Below are positions 1 through 8,873 of a stretch of DNA of 64,000 nucleotides, piece after piece. The stretch is from Nitrospirota bacterium. Its GTDB lineage: Bacteria; Nitrospirota; Thermodesulfovibrionia; Thermodesulfovibrionales; Magnetobacteriaceae. The notes under the pieces are model-generated. The model did no database searches and was not told where the DNA came from. It saw nothing but the letters and a program-made list of their open reading frames with translations. The stretch covers positions 10,667 to 74,666 of the forward strand of contig JADFXJ010000002.1 of assembly GCA_015233615.1 (NCBI GenBank), in the 5' to 3' direction. Position 1 is the first letter of the stretch. Every line of letters starts with the position of its first letter. The translations under genes were made by a program, and so were the position numbers.

Positions 1-387
1 TATTACAAGACTGCCGGCACGTCCCTTTACGGCAGGCTCATTGATATATACGGGAAATACGGCTTTTACTCAGAATCGCTCAAGTCGGTGACGATGAAGG
101 GTATCGACGGGGCCAAAAAGATCGAGACGCTCATGGCTTCTTACAGGGACGGACATATGAGGCCGGAGGGCTTTGAGGTACTCGACTATCAATCCGGGCT
201 TAAAGGACTTCCGCCATCCAACGTGGTATCCTTTGTCGCCGCCGACGGCTCAAGGGCCACGGTGCGCCCATCCGGTACCGAACCAAAGATAAAATACTAT
301 TTTTCGGCTAAGGGCAAAAGTTTGGATGAGGCGCAGGGCAGGCTAAAAGAGCTGGAAGAACGATTCGCTTTCCATGAAAGCAACTGA
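1..387 (+). CDS. alpha-D-phosphohexomutase (phosphoglucomutase/phosphomannomutase family), C-terminal part; 5' end lies outside the window
   Basis: Frame 1 is open from base 1 into ORF 88..387. It contains RPSGTEPKIKYYF, the conserved domain-IV loop of phosphohexomutases. Confidence 0.8.
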   Translation, partial: YYKTAGTSLYGRLIDIYGKYGFYSESLKSVTMKGIDGAKKIETLMASYRDGHMRPEGFEVLDYQSGLKGLPPSNVVSFVAADGSRATVRPSGTEPKIKYYFSAKGKSLDEAQGRLKELEERFAFHESN

Positions 388-430
388 AGCGTCCACTAAG
401 GGAAAAAAGAAAAGAACAAAAGATTTTTTT

Positions 431-470
431 AACCACGAAATACACGAAAATCACGAAAAAGGACGAAGAA
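431..470. repeat. interspersed CACGAAA-type repeat (family A), copy 1
   Basis: Sequence aaccacgaaatacacgaaaatcacgaaaaaggacgaagaa. Related copies lie at 1518-1560 (inverted), 26641-26673, 26732-26768 and 41560-41602. Confidence 0.8.
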
Positions 471-503
471 AAATGGCGTAAGATGTGCTATGACATAACC
501 GAA

Positions 504-1439
504 TCACTCACTCGACGACATTATGGTTGCCTGTGCTTTTTCCCCCTGGACGACGTGTCTGCTTTTGAACAGGTTATCTATGTCCCTGATTATCTCCTGC
601 CTCGTCTTACTCCATCTGGGGGCGATGAGTATGTCGTCCGGAGAGAGCGCAAACATCCGCTGGACAACTATGCGGGGGGAAAGCCTTTCTACGAACTCGG
701 CGATAAAATCGAGGTACTCCTCGTATCCAAATACATGAAATGGAGAGTTTTCGTACATGACGGCGAGCCGGGTGTTCTTAACGACCTGAAGCTGGTGTAT
801 CTTCAAAAAATCGATAGGCAGCGCAGAAAGTTCGTAAGCCATACACTGCATCTCTTCAATGGTTTCGGTAGGAAAACCGGCTATAATGTGCGCCCCTATG
901 TGAATACCCCTGCCCTTTGTAAGGTTAAGAGTGTTTAAAAAACAGTTGTAGTCGTGTCCCCTGTTTATGAAGACGAGGCTTTTGTCGTAAATAGACTGGA
1001 TTCCGTACTCTACCAGGACAAAGTAATCCTTTGCCAGGTCTTCGAGGAGGGAAATCTTGTCTTCGTCCACGCAGTCCGGCCTGGTTCCGATAGCCAGTCC
1101 AACGACGGCAGGATGATCGAGAGCCTCGCGGTAGAGCTTTTCGAGTTCGGCAACGTCGGCATAGGTATTAGTATAAGGTTGGAAGTAAACGATGAATTTT
1201 TTGGACTTGTACCTCCTGGTGAGGTACGTTATTCCCCGTTGGACCTGTGCCTTTATGCCAAGGGCGGGAGTACAGGCGGAAGGCCTGAAGCTGTCATTAT
1301 TACAATAGATGCACCCACCATAACCGATGGTGCCGTCCCTATTGGGACACGTAAAACCGGCATCGACGTTGACTTTGTAAACGATTTCCCCGAAACTCCT
1401 CCTCATGTAGGAGCCAAAGGCGTTGCAATAACTTTCCAT
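504..1439 (-). CDS. TIGR01212-family radical SAM protein (YhcC-like)
   Basis: 311-aa ORF with the FTCPNRDGTIGYGGCIYCNN cysteine cluster near the N-terminus, and a length typical of this family. The plus-strand ORFs 483..938 and 954..1655 are antisense shadows. Confidence 0.85.
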   Translation of the reverse strand: MESYCNAFGSYMRRSFGEIVYKVNVDAGFTCPNRDGTIGYGGCIYCNNDSFRPSACTPALGIKAQVQRGITYLTRRYKSKKFIVYFQPYTNTYADVAELEKLYREALDHPAVVGLAIGTRPDCVDEDKISLLEDLAKDYFVLVEYGIQSIYDKSLVFINRGHDYNCFLNTLNLTKGRGIHIGAHIIAGFPTETIEEMQCMAYELSALPIDFLKIHQLQVVKNTRLAVMYENSPFHVFGYEEYLDFIAEFVERLSPRIVVQRMFALSPDDILIAPRWSKTRQEIIRDIDNLFKSRHVVQGEKAQATIMSSSE

Positions 1440-1517
1440 TGTCGATTCTATTATCCTACTTTTACATGGCCGATGTCAAACTTGGAAACGCGGGACAAAC
1501 GCATTTCATTAGCAGCT

Positions 1518-1560
1518 CTTTTTCGTGGCCCTTCTTCGTGCCCCTTCGTGTTCTTCGTGG
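1518..1560. repeat. family A repeat, copy 2 (TTCGTG orientation)
   Basis: Sequence ctttttcgtggcccttcttcgtgccccttcgtgttcttcgtgg. It is inverted relative to copy 1, so the two copies bracket the radical SAM gene. Confidence 0.75.
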
Positions 1561-1651
1561 ATAAACAGTCTTTATCCTTTACCGCGATTATTCGAAAATT
1601 AATCGAAAAAGGGTTTCATGAAAGGCTTTTAGTGAGTTATACTATTGGCGA

Positions 1652-2644
1652 GTGAAAGATTTTCGTAAAATACTCGTAATAAAACCCAGCTCTCTCGGAG
1701 ACGTGATACACTCCATGCCTTTCCTGAAAGCCCTGAAGGACGCCTACCCCGGGGCAAAGGTACACTGGGTAATATCCAGGGGGCTCTATCCTCTCCTGGA
1801 GGGACACCCGCTGATAGACGTTCTTTGGCCGATAGACAAGGATAAGTGGAAAAAGCTTTCTAACGCCTACCCGACTTACAAGGAGCTATCGCGTCTGAGG
1901 CTCATGCTAAAGGCGGAGCACTTCGATCTGGCCGTGGACCTTCAAGGGCTTTTCCGAAGCGGGCTCATAGCCTTCCTATCCGGCGCGCCACAAGTCATAG
2001 GCTTTAAAGAAGCGAGAGAAGGCAGCACCCTATTCTATACAAAAACGGTTGATTGCGGCAAAAAAGTACACGCAGTAGACAGATACCTCTCAATCGCCGC
2101 CGCGCTGCAATGCCAAACCGGCAATCCTGCTTTCGTACTCCCGGAGATAAAAGCGAGCGAATCCTTCCATGGGCCCGTGCGGGGCTACGTGGTCATGGTA
2201 CCCGGAGCAAGGTGGGAGACAAAACGGTGGGAAGCGGAGAAGTTCGGCGAGGTTGCCAGGCGTCTGCCCTTGCCCTCCGTGGTAGTGGGCGGGGTAGAGG
2301 ACGTCGGTCTTGGCCGGACGGTAGTCGCCCACTCCGGCGGCAAGGCCGTAAACCTGGCCGGTAAAACTTCCTTTAACGAGCTTGCCGGGATAATCGGCAA
2401 CGCAAAGCTAATGCTGACTAACGACACAGGCCCGATGCACGTAGGAGCGGCAGTAGGCACCCCCGTTTTTGCCATATTCGGCCCAACCTCACCGGCACTC
2501 ACCGGCCCTTACGGCCTTAACCATCGGGTTATCACCGCCGGATTAAGCTGTGCCCCGTGCTTCAGGAAAAAATGTTCCACAAAAAACTGCACGAGGGATT
2601 TATCTTTTCAATCGGTTTATGAAATAATATCTCAGGCTATCTGA
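1652..2644 (+). CDS. glycosyltransferase family 9 (LPS heptosyltransferase-like)
   Basis: The KILVIKPSSLGDVIHSMPFLKALK N-terminus and the C-terminal NDTGPMHVGAAVGTP motif are GT9 hallmarks. GTG start. Confidence 0.85.
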   Translation: MKDFRKILVIKPSSLGDVIHSMPFLKALKDAYPGAKVHWVISRGLYPLLEGHPLIDVLWPIDKDKWKKLSNAYPTYKELSRLRLMLKAEHFDLAVDLQGLFRSGLIAFLSGAPQVIGFKEAREGSTLFYTKTVDCGKKVHAVDRYLSIAAALQCQTGNPAFVLPEIKASESFHGPVRGYVVMVPGARWETKRWEAEKFGEVARRLPLPSVVVGGVEDVGLGRTVVAHSGGKAVNLAGKTSFNELAGIIGNAKLMLTNDTGPMHVGAAVGTPVFAIFGPTSPALTGPYGLNHRVITAGLSCAPCFRKKCSTKNCTRDLSFQSVYEIISQAI

Positions 2645-2779
2645 TTAAACTTACCGAATAGTCGGATCGGTATAAAAGTTCGGTAATATCAAGTAGCTTG
2701 TTTTAGGAATAAATGGCTTTTATTTTTAATATTTCACTTTACCGGAGAAAACATAATCAAGTTTAAGGAGAGACACTTT

Positions 2780-4042
2780 ATGAAGGTAATGAGACACATT
2801 GTAATAGCTACGGTTTTCGTATTTGCCTTATACGCGGTAATGTACGCAACAGCCGCCCATGCCCATGAGTTGCCCAAAGGCGCGAAACCTCTGGCCGATT
2901 CACAAAAGTGCGCCAAGTGCCATCAAACTATCTACGATGAATGGAGGGCCTCCATGCACGCCAATTCTTCCATCCATTCCGATAGTGCACACGCCGCGAT
3001 TTACAAGGCATTCGTATCCGACATGGAAAAGATGGGCAAGAAGGGCACATATCACTGTGCCTCATGCCACATGCCGATGGCAGCCAATTTAAAAGAACTG
3101 ATTGCGGGCAACGCCAATCCTGATCCTAAAAACCCCATGGAACTGGAGGGTACCGGATGCGCTTTTTGCCACCGGATAGAAAAGGTAATCGAAGGCAAGA
3201 GCTGGAACGAGTACAAGCTAAAAGGCGCGGAGACTTACGGAACTGCCAATGCCGCAACAGTTGGTAAGGCTCCACATAAAACATTTGGCAGCAAACTATT
3301 CCTGGACGGCTCCTTGTGCCTGGGCTGCCACGGCCGCCTCGTAAATCCCCACCAGATCCCCGTATGCTCCATGAAAGAAGAGGGGCAGGGCAATTGCGTA
3401 TCCTGCCACATGGAAAAAACCGATGGAGCACCGGCCACCGGTTCCGCGAGAAATACCCACAGCGGACATTCCTTGTTTGGCGGGCACAATGAAGATACAC
3501 TGAAAAAAGCCGCCTCGCTGGAAGCTACGGTAACGGGCGGTGTCGAGGGAAAAACTCTGAACATAACGGTTAAAAACGAAATATCCCATGTCTTTCCCTC
3601 CACAATGCCCTTGCGCATGGCCTTTATCAAGGTCGTGTATTACGATGCGTCTGACAAAACCGGTTCGGGCGATTCCAAAGATAACGCAACCAACCAATGC
3701 TCCACCGGCTGCCGGTCCGACAAAGCAGTTTGGAGCAATTTCAAAGATAACCCCATGGAAGACAAAAACGCGGTCTTCATGAAATCCTTCAAGGCCGGCG
3801 ACAAAACCGGCGTACCGGCGTGGAGAGCCGAAGGAGTGGACTTCGACACCAGGCTGAAAGCCGGCGAAAGCCGCTTACTCTCTTACCCAATACCAAAGGA
3901 AGGTGTAAGCAGAATCGAGATAACCTTAAACTACAGGCTTTTCCCTCCCCAGGCCTCAGACGCACTTGGCATACCGAAAGATAACGTCAACGATAATGTT
4001 ACGGTCGTAGCCAGGAAAGAATTTCTTATAGGGTACAGATAG
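2780..4042 (+). CDS. periplasmic multihaem c-type cytochrome (five CXXCH sites)
   Basis: Hydrophobic signal peptide and five haem-binding motifs (CAKCH, CASCH, CAFCH, CLGCH, CVSCH). An aaggaga SD lies upstream of the ATG. Confidence 0.85.
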   Translation: MKVMRHIVIATVFVFALYAVMYATAAHAHELPKGAKPLADSQKCAKCHQTIYDEWRASMHANSSIHSDSAHAAIYKAFVSDMEKMGKKGTYHCASCHMPMAANLKELIAGNANPDPKNPMELEGTGCAFCHRIEKVIEGKSWNEYKLKGAETYGTANAATVGKAPHKTFGSKLFLDGSLCLGCHGRLVNPHQIPVCSMKEEGQGNCVSCHMEKTDGAPATGSARNTHSGHSLFGGHNEDTLKKAASLEATVTGGVEGKTLNITVKNEISHVFPSTMPLRMAFIKVVYYDASDKTGSGDSKDNATNQCSTGCRSDKAVWSNFKDNPMEDKNAVFMKSFKAGDKTGVPAWRAEGVDFDTRLKAGESRLLSYPIPKEGVSRIEITLNYRLFPPQASDALGIPKDNVNDNVTVVARKEFLIGYR

Positions 4043-4803
4043 TGAAAAGGATACTGATTATATTTTTAAGCACCTTGTTGTTTGCCTGCATTTGCGAGGC
4101 GACGGACACAAAGGTAACCGTCAGGGTACTGGCAAAGGACGCCAAGTACGTTGGTACGTCTATGGGTGGAGCTCTCATAATATTAAGGGACAGCCTCAGC
4201 GGAGAGATACTGGCCAGGGGTGTAACTAAAGGAGAAACCGGCAACACCAGGGCGATCGTGGCCGAACCGCGCAAAAGACACGCCGCCATATACGACGACA
4301 CCTCGGCGAAGTTCGTCGCCACGGTTAACGTAAAGGAGCCGACCCTTATAGACGTAGAGGCCACCGGGCCGCTTGCCCAAAAGCAATCTGCAGTTAAAAG
4401 CACCACCCAGGTATGGCTCATCCCGGGCAAAGACATTACCGGCAATGGCGTAACCCTGGAACTGCCCGGTTTTTCCGTAAGATTACTCCAGCCACTGCCA
4501 CACGAGACTATCGCTCTTAACGGAAAAACCTCCGTTGCCATCAAAGCCAACGTGGTAATGATGTGCGGATGTCCTACAGAGCCCGGCGGGGTTTGGGATT
4601 CAAGCAAGTACGAGATAAAGGCCATCGTAAAGCACAACGGCGAAATGCTGTCGGCCATGCCGCTTTCCTTTGCCGGCAAAACCAGCACTTACTCGGGAAA
4701 TCTTGAAGTGTCAAAGCCCGGTGCTTATGAAATAATCCTTTATGCCTACGACCCCGAAACCGGCAACTCGGGAGTGGACTCAACCACGTTTAACGCAAGA
4801 TAA
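4042..4803 (+). CDS. secreted protein of unknown function, translationally coupled to the cytochrome
   Basis: The GTG start overlaps the cytochrome stop. Signal-peptide-like N-terminus (MKRILIIFLSTLLFACICEA). Beta-rich composition with no family motif I recognise. Confidence 0.6.
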   Translation: MKRILIIFLSTLLFACICEATDTKVTVRVLAKDAKYVGTSMGGALIILRDSLSGEILARGVTKGETGNTRAIVAEPRKRHAAIYDDTSAKFVATVNVKEPTLIDVEATGPLAQKQSAVKSTTQVWLIPGKDITGNGVTLELPGFSVRLLQPLPHETIALNGKTSVAIKANVVMMCGCPTEPGGVWDSSKYEIKAIVKHNGEMLSAMPLSFAGKTSTYSGNLEVSKPGAYEIILYAYDPETGNSGVDSTTFNAR

Positions 4804-4936
4804 TTACTCGTCAATTGGTCATTGCGTGGGCCTGAAGTTTTGTAAATAACACTGTATTGCATTGTAAACAGTATTGTAAAGGGCATTATAAAAAGCATTA
4901 TAAACAACGTTAAACCTAACTAAACAGGAGGACAAA

Positions 4937-5239
4937 ATGAAAATAGGTTTGCTCGTAACCAGAGACAGCTTTAAGGACGACATAATTGGCCTTACGAATG
5001 CCGCCTTGAAAAAGGGCAATGAGGTTATCATCTTCTTGATGGATGACGGCACCAGGCACTCGCAGGACAGTGATATCGTCGCACTGAAAGACAAGGAAGG
5101 CGTTACCATGAGCCTTTGCGACCACAGCGCAAAACTCAGGGGTATTACCGAGGACATGATTCCCAAGGGAGTAGCTGCAGGCAGCCAGTACCAGAACTCA
5201 ATTATGAACCAGGACGCAGATAGAGTTGTATTAATCTGA
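4937..5239 (+). CDS. small DsrE/DsrF-like protein
   Basis: SD aggagga precedes the start. Pattern MKIGLLV...VIIFLMDDG...LCDHSAKLRGI...ADRVVLI resembles the DsrE/DsrF fold. At 100 aa it is shorter than canonical members. Confidence 0.6.
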   Translation: MKIGLLVTRDSFKDDIIGLTNAALKKGNEVIIFLMDDGTRHSQDSDIVALKDKEGVTMSLCDHSAKLRGITEDMIPKGVAAGSQYQNSIMNQDADRVVLI

Positions 5240-5277
5240 TAGTGGCAGTAATCCGATAATAGAAGGAGAAGACCAAC

Positions 5278-5550
5278 ATGGCCAAACACATTGCAGTACT
5301 CGTTAGAGACAGACAGGGAGAGGCCCTGAGAATGAGCATAGGCATAACCGTTATGGACGACATCATCGACGTATTCATACTGGACAAAAAAGTTGTGGAA
5401 AACGAGGAGAACTCCATGAACCTCGAAATGATAAAGGACATGGGGATGAACCTCTGCACAAACGTCGAAAACTACGACGATATACCATACGCATCCACAG
5501 AGGAAATAGCCAAAAAGCTGCTCGAATACGACAACATCCTTGCTTACTAG
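5278..5550 (+). CDS. small DsrE/DsrF-like protein (second paralogue)
   Basis: SD aaggaga precedes the start. 90 aa, with HIAVLVRD...DVFILDKKV resembling the same fold. It sits 38 bp after the previous gene. Confidence 0.5.
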   Translation: MAKHIAVLVRDRQGEALRMSIGITVMDDIIDVFILDKKVVENEENSMNLEMIKDMGMNLCTNVENYDDIPYASTEEIAKKLLEYDNILAY

Positions 5551-5573
5551 AGCCAAAATGGAGGGTTAACTAA

Positions 5574-5741
5574 ATGAAAGTACTTTGCCTGTTAAAGCAA
5601 ACGCCTGACGCAACGGGCGCAAAAATAATCGAAACGCAGAAACAAAATGCCGAAGTAACTGTCGTCGACATGAGAACCAACAAAAACTACGACGAAATCA
5701 TCGATCTCATCACTTCAAGCGACAAAGTCATGACCTGGTAA
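5574..5741 (+). CDS. 55-aa ORF, possibly DsrH/TusB-like (below the length cut-off of the ORF track)
   Basis: SD ggaggg lies 8 nt upstream of the ATG at 5574. Translation is MKVLCLLKQTPDATGAKIIETQKQNAEVTVVDMRTNKNYDEIIDLITSSDKVMTW. The C-terminal ...DKVMTW end resembles DsrH/TusB. Confidence 0.4.
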   Translation: MKVLCLLKQTPDATGAKIIETQKQNAEVTVVDMRTNKNYDEIIDLITSSDKVMTW

Positions 5742-6049
5742 ATAAACGGGGTGCAGGGAGCAGCAGTTCGGAGTGCCGGAGGAAGCCGCAAAGGATGCCG
5801 CCAAAGGTGGCAAAAACCTGTAACGGCAGACGCTTCGAACGATATTCATAGCGATATATATGGCCTTGAACGATGTTCATGTCCATATGCAATTTAATCC
5901 GCCCCCAATTGCCCACTTACCATGAGCACACCCGGGGGCGCTGCCGCCTGGCAGCGTCCCCTCACTGCCCTTGTTGTCATTGTCGCGAAAGCGGGAATCC
6001 ACGCCCTTACCTTATATGCAATTTAACCGCGAAAGACTGGATCATCGCT

Positions 6050-6973
6050 TTACTTATGGCTTTTGATGAAAGTTCCGTTTTGGTATTCCTCGAAGGCGAC
6101 CCGTAGCTCCTCCTGAGTATTCATGACTATCGGCCCGTACCAGGCCACGGGTTCACCTATGGGCTTTCCCGATACGAGCAGAAAACGTACCGGTTCGTTA
6201 CCGGCGGTTACCATCACCTCATCACCGTCGTCATAGACAACCAGGTGACGGGAGCTGACCCTGCACTCCCGGTTGAGTTCGAACCACTTTTCCCCCCCCA
6301 CCTCGTAGGAAAATGCGTCGCGTCCCTGATCGAAGTAGCCCTCCCCTTGTACTACATAAGCAAACACCTTGTGGCCTCGCCGCACCGGGTGGGAAAATAC
6401 ACCGCCAGGGGGTACCGTCACATCCAGAAACTCGGGGTCTATGACGACGTCCTGCACCGGTCCTTTAACCCCGTCGATCTCTCCACAGACGATCTTCACC
6501 TCGATACCAGACTGGAGGGTGACCACCGGAATCTGACCGCTATCAACTCCCCGGTAACGAGGGTCCATCATCTTGTGGGAAGCGGGAAGGTTGGCCCAGA
6601 GCTGAAAGCCCCACATCAGGCCGGAGGCATCCCCCTTTGGCATTTCCTGGTGGATTATGCCGCTGCCTGCGGTCATCCACTGCGCGTCCCCGGAGGCGAT
6701 CACTCCCTTGTTGCCCATGCTGTCGCCATGCTCCACGTTGCCATGCAACACGTAGGTGATCGTCTCTATACCCCTGTGCGGGTGCCACGGAAACCCCGGA
6801 AGATAATCGTCCGGATTGGCGGAATGGAAATTATCGAGAAGCAGGAACGGGTCGAGCTCCGGCACCTGGTAATAACCAAAGGCCCGCTGCAAATGCACCC
6901 CCGCCCCCTCGATGGTCGGTTTGCTCTGCCATACCTTCTTGATTTTACGTATCTTTATTTGTTCTTTTACCAT
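6050..6973 (-). CDS. pirin family protein
   Basis: HPHRGIETITYVLHGNVEHGDSMGN is the pirin metal-binding signature. The 307-aa bicupin length also fits. Confidence 0.9.
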   Translation of the reverse strand: MVKEQIKIRKIKKVWQSKPTIEGAGVHLQRAFGYYQVPELDPFLLLDNFHSANPDDYLPGFPWHPHRGIETITYVLHGNVEHGDSMGNKGVIASGDAQWMTAGSGIIHQEMPKGDASGLMWGFQLWANLPASHKMMDPRYRGVDSGQIPVVTLQSGIEVKIVCGEIDGVKGPVQDVVIDPEFLDVTVPPGGVFSHPVRRGHKVFAYVVQGEGYFDQGRDAFSYEVGGEKWFELNRECRVSSRHLVVYDDGDEVMVTAGNEPVRFLLVSGKPIGEPVAWYGPIVMNTQEELRVAFEEYQNGTFIKSHK

Positions 6974-7025
6974 GAAACACCTCCTGGTTAAACGCCTGTG
7001 CTGCTAAATCATGTATAGTGTATTA

Positions 7026-7460
7026 TCACCTCTTTTGTTTTTTTGCGTCGATACCAATAATTTCCCAAAAACCACCTGTAAAACCTCCATGGAAGAATGA
7101 GAATATAAACGCCGCGATTATAGGAAGAAAGGCGTATATCCCACCTTTGGAAAACAGATCGTTGATCTCGTGCTGCCTTTCGAAAAGCACCACGTAAAGC
7201 GACAAGCTGATAAGACCCAGGATAAGCGTCTTACTATAAGGCTTCTTCTTTAACCTGGCATAATTGTCTGTCAGGGTTTCCTTTCTCCATTCGCTCGCTT
7301 TCTGATTTCCTGCCGTTAACGTATCCGCCTTAGCGCCCTGCAAAGCTGGAGTGACCTGCTTTCCTTCATTGAGCATATCCCTGGCAGTGTCGAATTCACC
7401 AGCTTCGGCGAATGTTATTGCCGAGAATTGCTTGTCAAGTTCGTCCGATAACTTACTCAT
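7026..7460 (-). CDS. membrane protein of unknown function
   Basis: A strong SD (gaggagg) precedes the ATG. Soluble N-terminal half followed by hydrophobic segments (LILGLISLSLYVVLF, IYAFLPIIAAFIFSFF). Confidence 0.65.
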   Translation of the reverse strand: MSKLSDELDKQFSAITFAEAGEFDTARDMLNEGKQVTPALQGAKADTLTAGNQKASEWRKETLTDNYARLKKKPYSKTLILGLISLSLYVVLFERQHEINDLFSKGGIYAFLPIIAAFIFSFFHGGFTGGFWEIIGIDAKKQKR

Positions 7461-7601
7461 AGTGTTGCCTCCTCAATTAATCTGTTAAATTTAGTCTGTC
7501 TTGCTTCAAGTTGTTTTCATATTTGCAATTACCATGCCATACTATAAGTCAGTGATATTATTAGAAACATAAGATTTGCCTACTCTAAAAGAAGTTAATC
7601 G

Positions 7602-7695
7602 ACGTTGCTATATGCAACATAAAATAACGCGATACCTTATTTATTGGAATTTATTGGCGTTTCTTAAATGCAATGCTACGTTGTAGTATGCAACA
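7602..7695. promoter_or_regulatory. pair of near-identical 18-nt palindromic motifs in an AT-rich spacer
   Basis: acgttgctatatgcaaca (7602-7619) and acgttgtagtatgcaaca (7678-7695). Each has a GTTG...CAAC palindromic core, and the starts are 76 bp apart. Confidence 0.4.
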
Positions 7696-7910
7696 CATGG
7701 TGTGCCTTATACGCCGCAGTTGAGACTTGTATTGTTACGGCAAGGAAAATAATTATCGTAGAATATAATCTGGCTTAATACTGATTTAATGGAAGCCGCT
7801 CCGGCACTTGCTTATGGAGCCAAACCTGTTACTTAATAACTTAACTTCAGTAGTATCAAGTACGTAGTTGTCTTATTATGTTTTATAATCAATGACATAG
7901 CTGGATTTAG

Positions 7911-8129
7911 CTATGAGCCATTCGCACACACCGCTTTTAGAATGTCCGGTAAGTTAATTTCAATTTTATTAAGCACTTTTTCTGCAAGCCCCACTGGTCT
8001 AACAACCCTTGTTACTTTCACATCCGCGATAACTTCATCTATACAAACAACTTCGTTTAATGCCGAGATTAACTCGCCAACAGATTCTTCCATGTCTTCA
8101 ACCTTCTTAATAAACTCGTTTAATAACAC
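7911..8129 (-). CDS. hypothetical small protein (weak call)
   Basis: 72-aa ORF with a GTG start and no clear SD, in an AT-rich region. No recognisable motif. Confidence 0.3.
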   Translation of the reverse strand: MLLNEFIKKVEDMEESVGELISALNEVVCIDEVIADVKVTRVVRPVGLAEKVLNKIEINLPDILKAVCANGS

Positions 8130-8253
8130 TACAACGACATAATATCATAATTTCAAATTTCCTGGGATATGTTGCATGCTTTTTTTATGGGAGAGATAAG
8201 CGCGATAATTTCTTGTTTGAATCCACTTTGTTATTTCAATTGCCATCTGGATA

Positions 8254-8517
8254 GTGAGATTAATGATGGGTAGTACCGTCTTTATTTGTCAGGTAGGAGT
8301 GTTTATGGCTTATGCATCGAGGCATGGCTATGCTTTTTTGGATAAGAGGCTTTTTATCCCTGAAAAGTGGTTTACTGAGGATTACGCAGCCAGGAGAGAA
8401 AAGAATAACTTGCCGGAATCTGTCGTTTTTAAGACAAAACCCCAACTTGCCACCGAAATGTTTAAAGAGTTATCTACGGTGGACCCTCATACTCGTAAAA
8501 TCTTCCATATACCGTAG
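8254..8517 (+). pseudogene. IS701-like DDE transposase fragment
   Basis: GVFMAYASRHGYAFLDKRLFIPEKWFTEDYAARREKNNLPESVVFKTKPQLATEM matches the central region of IS701/IS4-type transposases. Only about 80 codons remain. Confidence 0.6.
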
Positions 8518-8530
8518 ATGCCGCATCATC

Positions 8531-8870
8531 TTACGATATAAGCACACATTTCGGGCCTCTGCCTTCAAACCAATCATGACGGGACCCATCCATCTGTATC
8601 ATTGCCCCCTCATTGCCCTTCCGTGGCCGCCACCTCCGATGTTCTCTGCTCTTGCGTATCTTTTCCCATTCACCCATCTCTATTAGCCACCGCCGTAACG
8701 TCTCATCGCTTATGGCTATTCCTTCTATCTCCTTAAACTTCTCCGCCGCTAAGGTTGGGCCAAATCCTTTATACTTCTCCTGATATATAACTTTTACCCT
8801 TGCTTTCATTTCCGCCGAATAGCTCCTGCCGGATTCCCGGCCTCTCAGCTTATGGGCTATCCCAGAGGCG
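8531..8870 (-). pseudogene. ISNCY-like transposase fragment
   Basis: HKLRGRESGRS...YKGFGPTLAAEKFKEIEGIAISDETLRRWL...IQMDGSRHDWFEGRGPKCVL matches the N-proximal part of ISNCY-family transposases. It lacks both the HTH start and the catalytic C-terminal part. Confidence 0.6.
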
Positions 8871-8873
8871 CCA

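Noticed and set aside
954-1655. 233-aa plus-strand ORF (and 483..938) overlapping the radical SAM gene
   Set aside because: It is antisense to a gene with clear family motifs. It has no SD and no recognisable motif, and its end runs through a repeat element. I treat it as a shadow ORF.
4819-5556. 245-aa minus-strand ORF opposite the DsrE-like genes
   Set aside because: The composition is odd (V/F/Y/H-rich), it spans two SD-preceded plus-strand genes and their spacer, and it matches no family.
6245-6991. 248-aa plus-strand ORF opposite pirin
   Set aside because: Pirin motifs on the minus strand are unambiguous, so this is an antisense shadow in a GC-rich gene.
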